Below the pieces are notes generated by a model. That model saw only the letters and a list, made by a program, of their open reading frames with translations, was not told the DNA's origin and ran no database searches. 32,000 bases of DNA from positions 3,510,001-3,542,000 of the forward strand of contig NC_014833.1 of NCBI RefSeq assembly GCF_000179635.2, in the 5' to 3' direction. This stretch comes from Ruminococcus albus 7 = DSM 20455 (GTDB taxonomy: Bacteria; Bacillota; Clostridia; Oscillospirales; Ruminococcaceae). The position numbers were made by a program, and so were the translations under genes. This document shows positions 1-8,192 of the stretch, piece by piece (position 1 is the stretch's first letter; each line of letters begins with the position of its first letter).

Positions 1-37
1 CACAGTAACGTAAATTCTGATTTATCTTAACAACCGT

Positions 38-77
38 ATAAAAAATAATGCCCCTAAGCGCATAAACGCTTGGGGGC
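38..77 (-). terminator. Rho-independent terminator-like hairpin (distal of two in tandem)
   Basis: 11-bp stem 50-60/67-77 (GCCCCTAAGCG / CGCTTGGGGGC, one wobble) with a 6-nt loop. On the minus strand it is followed by a T-run (complement of A-run 40-45). Confidence 0.5.
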
Positions 78-135
78 AAAACTTCTATATGGGTATCCGT
101 CTTAAAATCGGGGGGCTTTTCTTCTGTCTTTATAT

Positions 136-173
136 ATACAAAAAAGGCGGAGAACAAGTGCTCTCCGCCTTTT
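136..173 (-). terminator. Rho-independent terminator of the phosphotransferase-like gene
   Basis: Stem GGCGGAGA 146-153 / TCTCCGCC 162-169, extended by A/T pairs. On the minus strand it is followed by TTTTT (complement of 141-145), 15 nt after the stop codon at 188-190. Confidence 0.7.
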
Positions 174-187
174 GATACTATCTGATA

Positions 188-946
188 TCAGGAATAGTCA
201 ACAACATCTATCCAGCGCATGAGAAGATCCTTCTCCTCTTCCCTGCCCTTTATGAGCTGTGCTGCAGCTACTATCGGCAGCCATGCCTGAACATACTGCT
301 TTGAAGTACCGCTCTTCAGGCAGTACTTATCTAGGTATGCATCGGCAGTCACAGGATCACTGAGACAGAACAGCAGATATGTTCTGGCTACATCAGCAGA
401 AGCGTTGCCCTGTCTTGCTGCAGACCAGTTGATAACGTATGTGCCCTCATCATTGATGATGACATTCTTAGGTGCAAAATTGCCGTGGCAAAGCTTGATG
501 TGCTTAGGCATAGAATCAAGCCTTGTAAGCAGTTCATACTTCTTGATCTCATCAATAGCACCGAGTGACTTGATCTGACGTGCCATCTTATCCTTCAGCT
601 TTGAGAGCAAGGGCATATACTGCGCGTGTATCTCCATCTGGATATCAATGAACTGATTGAGATAAGTATCCATTTTATCAGGATTTTCATCCATAAGCTG
701 CTGGAGGGTCTTGCCCTTGATAAAATCAAAGGAGATAGCCCATTTGCCGTCTATAACGGATACCTCATGAAGCACAGGTGTCTTTATGAAGGAGTTGACC
801 AGCGTAGTTTCGCATCTTGCGTGTGTAAGCGCCGCATAAAGGCATTTCTCTTTATATTCGGGCTTATTGTAAAGATTGATAGATTTTCCGTCGCATTCGT
901 AGATGTCATAGATGTCGCCGTGAGCGATGAATTTTTTAAGTTCCAT
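188..946 (-). CDS. APH/choline-kinase-like phosphotransferase family protein
   Basis: ORF 188..973, with the start moved to the ATG at 946 because AAAGGAGAG lies 5-6 nt upstream. The kinase-like catalytic loop 'LCHGNFAPKNVIIN' followed by 'INWSAARQGNASADVA' resembles the HGDxxxxN / D motifs of aminoglycoside/choline kinase-type enzymes. Confidence 0.7.
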   Translation of the reverse strand: MELKKFIAHGDIYDIYECDGKSINLYNKPEYKEKCLYAALTHARCETTLVNSFIKTPVLHEVSVIDGKWAISFDFIKGKTLQQLMDENPDKMDTYLNQFIDIQMEIHAQYMPLLSKLKDKMARQIKSLGAIDEIKKYELLTRLDSMPKHIKLCHGNFAPKNVIINDEGTYVINWSAARQGNASADVARTYLLFCLSDPVTADAYLDKYCLKSGTSKQYVQAWLPIVAAAQLIKGREEEKDLLMRWIDVVDYS

Positions 947-1045
947 AGTAACTCTCCTTTTCAATAATTTCAATATTATCTGCCGTACTCACTTTTTTGA
1001 TGTACGATCAGTACAGTAATGGTGACGATCCTTTGTACTGTTTAT

Positions 1046-1074
1046 ATTATACTACAATCTGATTAGAATTTCAA
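1046..1074 (-). promoter_or_regulatory. sigma-A type promoter for the phosphotransferase-like gene
   Basis: Minus strand reads TTGAAA (1074-1069), a 17-nt spacer, then TATAAT (1051-1046). This lies ~90 nt upstream of the ATG at 946. Confidence 0.55.
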
Positions 1075-1313
1075 GTCTTTTTCGTTATTTTCACAAACGT
1101 TTAGTTTTTGTTAATATTTATATGTGTGATTATTCATTTATTAGAGTGTTTTATGTCAAGAATTTATAAAACGCAATATGCGGGGTTGTGCATAATATCC
1201 ATATAGCATTATATATGCAACATATAAAATATGAAAAATCCCGATCAGAAATACAGGTCTGATCTGATGCGGAATGTAAGTGCAGGAAATATAATCACAT
1301 GGGAAATACATCG

Positions 1314-1342
1314 TTGACAAATCAGTTGTGTCATGGTAAAAT
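1314..1342 (+). promoter_or_regulatory. sigma-A type promoter for the lipoprotein gene
   Basis: TTGACA 1314-1319, 17-nt spacer, TGgTAAAAT with the -10 at 1337-1342. It lies ~30 nt upstream of the ATG at 1375. Confidence 0.6.
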
Positions 1343-1374
1343 ATAGGTATCTACACCTTTAAGGGGGCAGCAAA

Positions 1375-2478
1375 ATGAAAAAAGGACTTTGTCTGGCACT
1401 GGCAGCACTTATGCTGAGCGGATGCGGACTGAGCGAGATAAGAAAAACTATAAGCGAAAAGGTCGATGAAAAGATCGAAGCACACTCAATAGAAAAAAGC
1501 GAGTACACTCAGGAAGAGGTCAACAAGAAAGTATATAAAGACCTGGCTGAATGCAAGCGCAAGATCGTATTTGACGGAGTTGTAAGCACTGAAATGGTGC
1601 AGAACGCGGTATACGGCACAAGGTATGCTTGTCCCGAGGTGTTCTGGACAGGAGGATTCACTGTCAGCACTAACTATTCGACCACTACACTTGAATGCGA
1701 CAGCGTGAACGATCTGGATGAAGAAACGCTGTCTGATATGAAAAAGGAAATGGACAAGGCGCTCGACAAACTGGTAAAGGAAGTAAGCGTCGGTGCCACA
1801 GATCACGAAAAACTTCTGGCACTTCACGATAAGCTGATAGATATATGCCGGTACGATTACGACGCAGCTAACTCTTCCGACCCTGATGATATCGGATTTG
1901 CAGGATCATCCTACGGCTGCCTTGTTGAACACAAGGCTATATGCGAGGGCTATGCGCAGGCATTCTCACTGGCTGCACGCAAAATGGGATATGAATGCGG
2001 CATGGTATGCGGTACGGCAAAAAATGAGAAACACGCCTGGAACTATGTTAAAATAGACGGCAAATACTACTGGCTGGATGTTACCTGGGACGAGAATGCA
2101 ACAGAGACTGCAACAGGCTATGCACCCAAGCACAAGTTTTTCCTGCTGGATGACAGTCATCTGATGAAAGGCAGAACGGTAGAGGAGGATGTTCCTTTTG
2201 TACCGCATTGTGATTCTATGGATGAGAACTACTACGTCAAGAACGGACTGTTCCTTGAAAGTTACAGCTTTGAAAAGGTGAACGAGATCATGAACGCTCA
2301 CGCCGATGAAGGCGGCGCTGATATGATGTTCGCAGATAAGGAAAGCTATGAAGCGGCACTTGATGACCTGATGGAGCAAGGAAATATATGGAAAACCGAT
2401 GTTATGCAGAACGGCGCGGAAAGTGCACCATATTTTCCCGATCCCGATCTTTATATCATAACAGTAGGCATAGAATAA
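1375..2478 (+). CDS. Lipoprotein with transglutaminase-like cysteine protease core
   Basis: Signal peptide with lipobox 'LMLSGC'. Core motifs 'ICEGYAQAFSLAARKMG' (Cys) and 'HAWNYVKIDGKYYWLDVTWD' (His/Asp) are typical of the bacterial transglutaminase-like superfamily. SD AAGGGGG lies upstream. Confidence 0.75.
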   Translation: MKKGLCLALAALMLSGCGLSEIRKTISEKVDEKIEAHSIEKSEYTQEEVNKKVYKDLAECKRKIVFDGVVSTEMVQNAVYGTRYACPEVFWTGGFTVSTNYSTTTLECDSVNDLDEETLSDMKKEMDKALDKLVKEVSVGATDHEKLLALHDKLIDICRYDYDAANSSDPDDIGFAGSSYGCLVEHKAICEGYAQAFSLAARKMGYECGMVCGTAKNEKHAWNYVKIDGKYYWLDVTWDENATETATGYAPKHKFFLLDDSHLMKGRTVEEDVPFVPHCDSMDENYYVKNGLFLESYSFEKVNEIMNAHADEGGADMMFADKESYEAALDDLMEQGNIWKTDVMQNGAESAPYFPDPDLYIITVGIE

Positions 2479-2500
2479 GCAAAGCCATAAAATAAGGCTA

Positions 2501-2530
2501 TTGACAAAACCTGTACCTGTATGATATAAT
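2501..2530 (+). promoter_or_regulatory. Near-consensus sigma-A promoter upstream of pth-mfd
   Basis: TTGACA 2501-2506, 18-nt spacer, extended -10 TGaTATAAT (TATAAT at 2525-2530). Confidence 0.65.
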
Positions 2531-2552
2531 ACACTATGCTACAGAAAATATA

Positions 2553-2580
2553 CCCCGACTTCGAGAAAGTCGGGGATTTT
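2553..2580 (+). terminator. Terminator-like hairpin between the pth promoter and pth
   Basis: CCCCGACT 2553-2560 / AGTCGGGG 2568-2575 with a 7-nt loop, followed by ATTTTGTG. It may terminate the upstream lipoprotein gene or act as a leader hairpin or attenuator for pth. Confidence 0.5.
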
Positions 2581-2659
2581 GTGCGTGCATATATAAACGG
2601 CACAGTCATAATGGTATTGATAAGGCAGGATACAACTTATTTCAGACAGGAGTAAGAAT

Positions 2660-3286
2660 ATGGATATTTTTGAAAAGCTGAAACAGCTCTCCGCGCAGCG
2701 CGGCGAAACAGGTACAAAACCCGAGTATATCATCGTGGGATTGGGAAACCCCGGTATACAGTATGAAGGTACAAGGCACAATGCAGGCTTCATAACGATA
2801 GAAGCCCTGGAGAAAAAGCTGGGATTCTCCTGTGACAGGCACAAGTTCAAGGCTAAGGTAGGCAATACCGTCATAGGCGGCAAAAGCTGTCTTGTGATGA
2901 AGCCCGAGACTTTTATGAACCTCAGCGGCGATGCAGTCTCGGAGGCTATGGACTTTTACAAGATACCACTTGAAAATGTCATAGTGATATTCGATGATAT
3001 CTCCCTTGATGTGGGACACATGAGGATAAGGAGAAAAGGTTCGGCAGGCGGGCACAACGGCATAAAAAGCATCATCGCCCAGTGCGGCGGCGAGGATTTC
3101 CCGAGGATAAAGCTTGGGGTTGGCAAAAAGCCGAACCCTGCTTACGACCTTGCGAAATGGGTGCTCTCAAAGTTCGGTGATGAGGACATGGAAAAGCTCG
3201 GAAATGCCGCCGATAAGGCTTGTGATGCCCTTGAACTTATGGTGCAGGGGAAGATAGATGAAGCTATGAACAAATACAATGCGTAG
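2660..3286 (+). CDS. pth: Peptidyl-tRNA hydrolase
   Basis: 'IIVGLGNPGIQYEGTRHNAGF' and 'GHNGIKSI' are Pth signatures. SD AGGAG lies 8 nt upstream. The protein has a ~20-aa N-terminal extension relative to typical Pth. Confidence 0.93.
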   Translation: MDIFEKLKQLSAQRGETGTKPEYIIVGLGNPGIQYEGTRHNAGFITIEALEKKLGFSCDRHKFKAKVGNTVIGGKSCLVMKPETFMNLSGDAVSEAMDFYKIPLENVIVIFDDISLDVGHMRIRRKGSAGGHNGIKSIIAQCGGEDFPRIKLGVGKKPNPAYDLAKWVLSKFGDEDMEKLGNAADKACDALELMVQGKIDEAMNKYNA

Positions 3287-3304
3287 TTTTTAGGGTATGG
3301 TAAG

Positions 3305-6300
3305 ATGAATATATTTTTAGAAACAGCAAGCCGTCTTGAACATTACAAGGATATCAAGAACTGCCTGCTGAAAGGTTATACTCCCGCGGCAGTAACGGGC
3401 GTTTCGGGGATACACAAGGCTATGCTGACAGCGGCGCTTTCCTCGCTTGGAAAATGCCTGCTTATATGTGCAGACGAAGCTGATGCTACTAAAATGGTAT
3501 CGGATATGAACGAGATGGCAGGCGAACAGATAGCCTGCGTTTATCCTGCTAAGGATATGAACTTCGCATATATGGAGGGCATATCCCGTGAATACGAACA
3601 CAGGCGTATAGCTGCGCTTTCGGATATAGCATCGGGCAATTGCAGGATAATGGCGGCAAGCATGGAAGCTTGTCTGCAAGGAACGATACCGCCGGCTGCC
3701 CTGAGAGAGAACACCTTCATTATCGAGAACGGCAGCACGATCGACACCGAGGCGCTTTCCGCCAGACTGCTGGCTGCAGGATATACCAAGACCGACCAGG
3801 TAGAAGGCGCAGCACAGTTCGCTGTGAGAGGTTCTATAGTAGATATCTTCCCCGTACAGGACAAACAGCCTGTGCGTATCGAGCTTTGGGGCGATGAGGT
3901 TGACACTATGGCATATTTCGATGTTGAATCTCAAAGACGTTCCGAGCCGCTGGATAAAGTGACTGTCGCACCTGCACTGGAGATAATCTTCCCCGACAGC
4001 GCCGAACAGGTAAGACGTATGGAAGAACTGGCAAAGTCTGCCCGAGGAAAGCTGACAGACAAGATAAGAGAGCATATCCAAAAGGATATAGACCTCATCG
4101 AGAGCGGCATAATGCTTACAGACCTTGATAAATACTACTCCCTTGCCTACAGCGAAACAGCAACGGTATTTGACTATTTCGGCGGAGGATTCTGTGCTGT
4201 ATCTGAATACAACAACTGTATTGAAAAGGGCAAGGCGGCGCTTGCACAGCTGGCAGAGGACTTAAAGATACTCTATACCGAGGGTATACTCTTCAAGCGG
4301 CTGGAGGGCTTCAACCTTGATATAGGTCAGGCAGAGAGCAGGATAGTAAATATGAAGACTATCTTCATGGATACCTTCATGCGCTCGCTGAACAGTGTGA
4401 AGCTCAAAAAGCTGATAAACACCGACTGCCGCCAGACCTCTGCATGGGGCGGAAGCATGGTGGCTTTGCAGGAGGAACTGCAGACCCTATGCGACAACGG
4501 CTACTGTACGGTAGTGCTGGCAGGATCTGAAAAGACAGTACCTATCATCGTAAAGGATCTGAACGATTCCGGTATAAACGCGGAACAGATGAGCGAAAGC
4601 TTCGAGATAAAGCCGGGAAAAGTCTATGTTCGTACAGGCAGTCTTTCGGCGGGATATGATTATCCTTCCATAGGCTGTGCTCTGATAACCCAGATGAAAG
4701 CCCTGTCATCGAAGCGCAAAAAGCCCAAGCACAAAGCAGGCGAGGAGATAAAGGCGCTCTCCGATATTCATTCGGGAGATCTTGTTGTGCATTCAATGTA
4801 CGGCATAGGAAAGTTCATGGGCATAAAGAACATCGAAACAAGCGGCGTGAAAAAGGACTATATCACCATAAGCTATGCAGGTACGGATGTACTTTATGTG
4901 CCAGTTACTCAGCTTGACCTTGTATCAAGGTATGTGGGGCCCGGCGAGGACGGCAATATCAGGCTGAACAAGCTTAATTCCACCGAATGGACGCGCACAA
5001 GGAACAAGGTTCGTGCCGCAGTAAAGGATATGGCTGAGGAACTGACCAAGCTGTACGCACAGCGCCAGATGGCAAAGGGATATTCCTTTGAACCGGATGA
5101 CGACTGGCAGAGGGATTTTGAGGAAAGATTTGACTATCAGGAGACCGATGACCAGCTGAGGGCGATAAACGAGATAAAAGGCGATATGGAAAAGCAGACC
5201 CCCATGGACAGACTTCTCTGCGGCGATGTTGGCTTCGGCAAAACGGAAGTGGCACTGAGGGCGGCTTTCAAGTGCGTTGTTAACGGAAAGCAGTGCGCGA
5301 TACTGGCACCTACCACCGTACTTGCATGGCAGCACTATCAGACGGCGATAAAGCGCTTTGAGCATTTCGCTGTTAAAGTGGAACTGCTGTCAAGATTCCG
5401 CAAACCCAAGGAGCAATCAGCTATCGTCCGCGAACTCAAAAGAGGTACTATCGACCTCATAATAGGCACTCACAGACTGGTATCAAAGGATGTTGAATTC
5501 AAGGACTTAGGTCTTGCCATAATAGACGAGGAACAGCGTTTCGGCGTGGCGCACAAGGAAAAATTCAAGGAGAACCACCCAGGTGTGGATATACTGACCC
5601 TTTCCGCCACACCTATCCCCCGTACCCTTAATATGGCACTCAGCGGCATAAGGGATATGTCCGTTATCGAAGAACCACCTATGGACAGACATCCTATACA
5701 GACCTACGTCATAGAACACAACGACGGTGTGATACTTCAGGCTATAACCAAGGAGTTAAGGCGCGGCGGTCAGGTATACTATATACACAACAGGATAGAT
5801 ACCATACTGAGAACTGTTGACCGTCTGCAAAACAGTATCCCGGATGCACGTATAGGCTACGCACACGGACAGATGGACGAAAAAGAACTATCCGAGATAT
5901 GGCGGCAGGTAGTCGAACACGAGATAGATATACTGGTATGCACCACCCTTATCGAAACGGGTATAGATGTACCAAACGTAAATACACTGATAATCGAGGA
6001 CGCAGACAGACTGGGACTTTCACAGCTGCACCAGCTGAGAGGCCGTGTAGGACGTTCAAACAGGCGAGCTTTTGCCTACTTCACATTCAAGCGCGGAAAG
6101 GTACTCAACGAGATCGCAAGCAAAAGACTGCAGGCTATAAGGGAGTTCACACAGTTCGGCTCCGGCTTCCATATAGCTATGAGAGATCTGGAGATACGCG
6201 GTGCAGGAAGTATACTCTCGGCAAAACAGCACGGTCACATGGAGGCTGTGGGATATGATATGTACCTCAGACTTCTCAATGAAGCCTTAGCTGAACAGAG

Positions 6301-6775
6301 GGGCGAGGAGATACCACATTCGCCTGAGGACTGCCTTGTTGATATTGCTATAAATGCGTATATCCCCGACGGCTACATTGAAAACGCGGCACAGAGGGTA
6401 GATGCTTACCGAAAGATAGCGTCAATAGCTACTGAGGAGGATTCCCGCGATGTTCTTGACGAACTGATAGACCGTTACGGTGACCCGCCCAAGTCTGTGC
6501 TTGGTCTGGTACAGATAGCGCTGCTGAGAAACAGGGCTTCAAGGCTCGGCATAAAGGAGATCAAGCAGATGGGCGTGAAGATGCAGTTCTACATCACCAC
6601 CCTTGAACCCAGACAGATAGCGGCACTTGCAGACAAATACAAAAGCAAGGTACGTTTTGTTGACGAGCTGAAGCCTTACTTCGCAGTGACCCTCGGCAAG
6701 CAGCAGAAATCTGCTGAACTGATGCAGGAAGTTATCGAAGTGCTTTACGGTGCAGTACACAAAACAAAGTCCTGA
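3305..6775 (+). CDS. mfd: Transcription-repair coupling factor
   Basis: 1156 aa. Contains the Walker A 'GDVGFGKTEVA', the 'DEEQRFGV' box, helicase motif 'QLRGRVGRS', a UvrB-homology N-terminus and the conserved pth-mfd adjacency. Confidence 0.96.
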   Translation: MNIFLETASRLEHYKDIKNCLLKGYTPAAVTGVSGIHKAMLTAALSSLGKCLLICADEADATKMVSDMNEMAGEQIACVYPAKDMNFAYMEGISREYEHRRIAALSDIASGNCRIMAASMEACLQGTIPPAALRENTFIIENGSTIDTEALSARLLAAGYTKTDQVEGAAQFAVRGSIVDIFPVQDKQPVRIELWGDEVDTMAYFDVESQRRSEPLDKVTVAPALEIIFPDSAEQVRRMEELAKSARGKLTDKIREHIQKDIDLIESGIMLTDLDKYYSLAYSETATVFDYFGGGFCAVSEYNNCIEKGKAALAQLAEDLKILYTEGILFKRLEGFNLDIGQAESRIVNMKTIFMDTFMRSLNSVKLKKLINTDCRQTSAWGGSMVALQEELQTLCDNGYCTVVLAGSEKTVPIIVKDLNDSGINAEQMSESFEIKPGKVYVRTGSLSAGYDYPSIGCALITQMKALSSKRKKPKHKAGEEIKALSDIHSGDLVVHSMYGIGKFMGIKNIETSGVKKDYITISYAGTDVLYVPVTQLDLVSRYVGPGEDGNIRLNKLNSTEWTRTRNKVRAAVKDMAEELTKLYAQRQMAKGYSFEPDDDWQRDFEERFDYQETDDQLRAINEIKGDMEKQTPMDRLLCGDVGFGKTEVALRAAFKCVVNGKQCAILAPTTVLAWQHYQTAIKRFEHFAVKVELLSRFRKPKEQSAIVRELKRGTIDLIIGTHRLVSKDVEFKDLGLAIIDEEQRFGVAHKEKFKENHPGVDILTLSATPIPRTLNMALSGIRDMSVIEEPPMDRHPIQTYVIEHNDGVILQAITKELRRGGQVYYIHNRIDTILRTVDRLQNSIPDARIGYAHGQMDEKELSEIWRQVVEHEIDILVCTTLIETGIDVPNVNTLIIEDADRLGLSQLHQLRGRVGRSNRRAFAYFTFKRGKVLNEIASKRLQAIREFTQFGSGFHIAMRDLEIRGAGSILSAKQHGHMEAVGYDMYLRLLNEALAEQRGEEIPHSPEDCLVDIAINAYIPDGYIENAAQRVDAYRKIASIATEEDSRDVLDELIDRYGDPPKSVLGLVQIALLRNRASRLGIKEIKQMGVKMQFYITTLEPRQIAALADKYKSKVRFVDELKPYFAVTLGKQQKSAELMQEVIEVLYGAVHKTKS

Positions 6776-6785
6776 TATGATACGA

Positions 6786-6820
6786 GCGGACAGACTCTGC
6801 GGTCTGTCCGCCCTTTTTTA
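6786..6820 (+). terminator. Rho-independent terminator of mfd
   Basis: GCGGACAGAC 6786-6795 / GTCTGTCCGC 6802-6811, followed by CCTTTTTTA. Confidence 0.85.
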
Positions 6821-6832
6821 TCTTGTATACAT

Positions 6833-6861
6833 AAAAAGCGCCGCCTTAAAGGCAGCGCTTT
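6833..6861 (-). terminator. Rho-independent terminator of the zinc-ribbon gene
   Basis: Stem 6835-6845/6851-6861 (AAAGCGCCGCC / GGCAGCGCTTT, one mismatch). On the minus strand it is followed by TTTTTAT. Confidence 0.7.
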
Positions 6862-6898
6862 CCACGGTCATGGACCGACATGAACCATATCAGTTATA

Positions 6899-7180
6899 TC
6901 AGAACTGTTCCTCTTTCATCTTTGCAAAGCACTCGCTGCAGTATACAGGTCTGTCCTCACGGGGCTTGAAAGGTATAGTAGCCTCTCCGCCGCAAGCTGC
7001 ACATACAGCTGTGTAGGTCTGTCTTTCAGCTCTGCCTGCCTGCTTTCTTGCATCTCTGCAAGCCTTGCATCTCTGGGGCTCATTTGTGAAGCCTTTCTCA
7101 GCATAGAACTCCTGCTCACCGGCAGTAAAGATGAATTCTTTTCCACAATCTTTGCAAACTAAAGTCTTGTCCTCGTACAT
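6899..7180 (-). CDS. CxxC-x17-CxxC type zinc-ribbon domain protein
   Basis: 93 aa. 'CKDCGKEFIFTAGEQEFYAEKGFTNEPQRCKACR' plus a second 'CAACG...CSECF' unit is a pattern common in small clostridial zinc-ribbon proteins. SD GAGGT lies 8 nt upstream. Confidence 0.8.
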   Translation of the reverse strand: MYEDKTLVCKDCGKEFIFTAGEQEFYAEKGFTNEPQRCKACRDARKQAGRAERQTYTAVCAACGGEATIPFKPREDRPVYCSECFAKMKEEQF

Positions 7181-7275
7181 TTTCTCTTACCTCGATCTTA
7201 AAAATAGTAATTGTCCCGCCGCCGACGGATTCGCACCGTCACTATCGTGTCCGCCCACCGTTGAGCAGCGCAGCG

Positions 7276-7863
7276 TTATCCAAATATCCCACGCAGCTTT
7301 TTTCTGACCCGCTGCATGGTATTGTTCACAGACTTCTCGCTGATACTCATTTTCTCAGCTATCTGCCTGTATGAGTGTCCGTTCAGAAAAAGCTGAAGCA
7401 CCTGCCACTCACGTTCGGAAAGCTCATCAGCGATACGCCCGAAAAGACCGTCATGCTCCTCCTTGGCTATCACCGCATTCTCAGGTATATCCTCATCACT
7501 GCCGCTCAGATCATCATCCAGCTCATCAGTAGATATCCTGTTCTCTCCGCTGTACCTGTTATCCTTCATAATATATGAGAGCATACTGTGCCTTATGCAG
7601 ACACCTGCATACGCCGCAAAGCCTGCCCCTCTGTCAGGGCGGTAGCTGTTTACCGCACGCAGCAGAGCCATCATGCCCTCCTGCACCAGATCCTTGACAG
7701 TCTGTTCACGTCCCGCACCGGGCGCGATACCCGCTGCAATACGTTCTGCAGTTCCCATATACCTGAATAAAAGCGCACTCAGTGCAGCTTTGTCACTGCC
7801 CGAGAGCCTAGCCAGCTCTTCATCGCTAAACTGTTCATAATCTCTCACATGACCGCTATACAC
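7276..7863 (-). CDS. Sigma-70 family RNA polymerase sigma factor (SigH-like, regions 2 and 4 joined by an acidic linker)
   Basis: Region 2-like 'DLVQEGMMALLRAVNSYRPDRGAGFAAYAGVCIRHSM'. Region 4 HTH 'GHSYRQIAEKMSISEKSVNNTMQRVRKKL'. GTG start with AAGGCGGTG upstream. Confidence 0.85.
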   Translation of the reverse strand: MYSGHVRDYEQFSDEELARLSGSDKAALSALLFRYMGTAERIAAGIAPGAGREQTVKDLVQEGMMALLRAVNSYRPDRGAGFAAYAGVCIRHSMLSYIMKDNRYSGENRISTDELDDDLSGSDEDIPENAVIAKEEHDGLFGRIADELSEREWQVLQLFLNGHSYRQIAEKMSISEKSVNNTMQRVRKKLRGIFG

Positions 7864-7905
7864 CTGAGCACCGCCTTAAACTGTGGTACATTACAATGTA
7901 AACAT

Positions 7906-7934
7906 ATCATAACATTTTCTACACAATAAGTCAA
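7906..7934 (-). promoter_or_regulatory. sigma-A type promoter for the sigma-factor gene
   Basis: Minus strand reads TTGACT (7934-7929), a 17-nt spacer, then TATGAT (7911-7906). Confidence 0.55.
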
Positions 7935-8113
7935 GAGAATGAATTAAATTATTTTTGCTTTTTGAATTTTTTGTAACAACGTACATATTTAGCACAAAAT
8001 TATTGGCAATATAGACCACAGTTATAACCATTCTCAGCTGTACCGGATCATAAATCACACCGTACTCATACCATTCCTAAAAGCTGATAGTTAAGCGGTT
8101 TTGAAAAAAACTA

Positions 8114-8142
8114 TTGCATTAATTTGTCAACTGTGTTATAAT
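8114..8142 (+). promoter_or_regulatory. sigma-A type promoter for the YfhO operon
   Basis: TTGCAT 8114-8119, 17-nt spacer, extended -10 TGtTATAAT (TATAAT at 8137-8142). Confidence 0.6.
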
Positions 8143-8192
8143 TAACTTTGTATGCAATACTATATTTATATAAAGGAAAGGAAAATTCTCAG

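Noticed and set aside
3317-4081. Long antisense or alternative-frame ORFs inside well-supported genes: 3317..4081 (-), 10652..11275 (-), 18072..18785 (-), 20216..20812 (-), 26429..26965 (-), 30093..30839 (+), 14567..14950 (+) and others
   Set aside because: Each overlaps a gene with unambiguous family motifs on the other strand or frame. They have odd, low-complexity or Cys/Ser/Arg-rich translations and lack ribosome-binding sites.
6899-7180. Zinc-ribbon protein as a ZAS-type anti-sigma factor for the adjacent sigma factor
   Set aside because: It lacks the HxxxCxxC anti-sigma motif and any transmembrane or sigma-binding helix pattern. Its motif pattern looks like a stand-alone small zinc-ribbon protein rather than a sigma partner. 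It is retained only as a low-interest adjacency note.
8148-8192. Upstream-extended start codons offered by the ORF track: 8148 for YfhO, 973 for the kinase-like gene, 16641 for the hydrolase-like gene, 28859 for GH26, 20303 for fabF
   Set aside because: In each case an internal start has a properly spaced SD and gives the family-typical N-terminus or signal peptide. The extended start lacks an SD, overlaps the SD itself, or overlaps the upstream gene.
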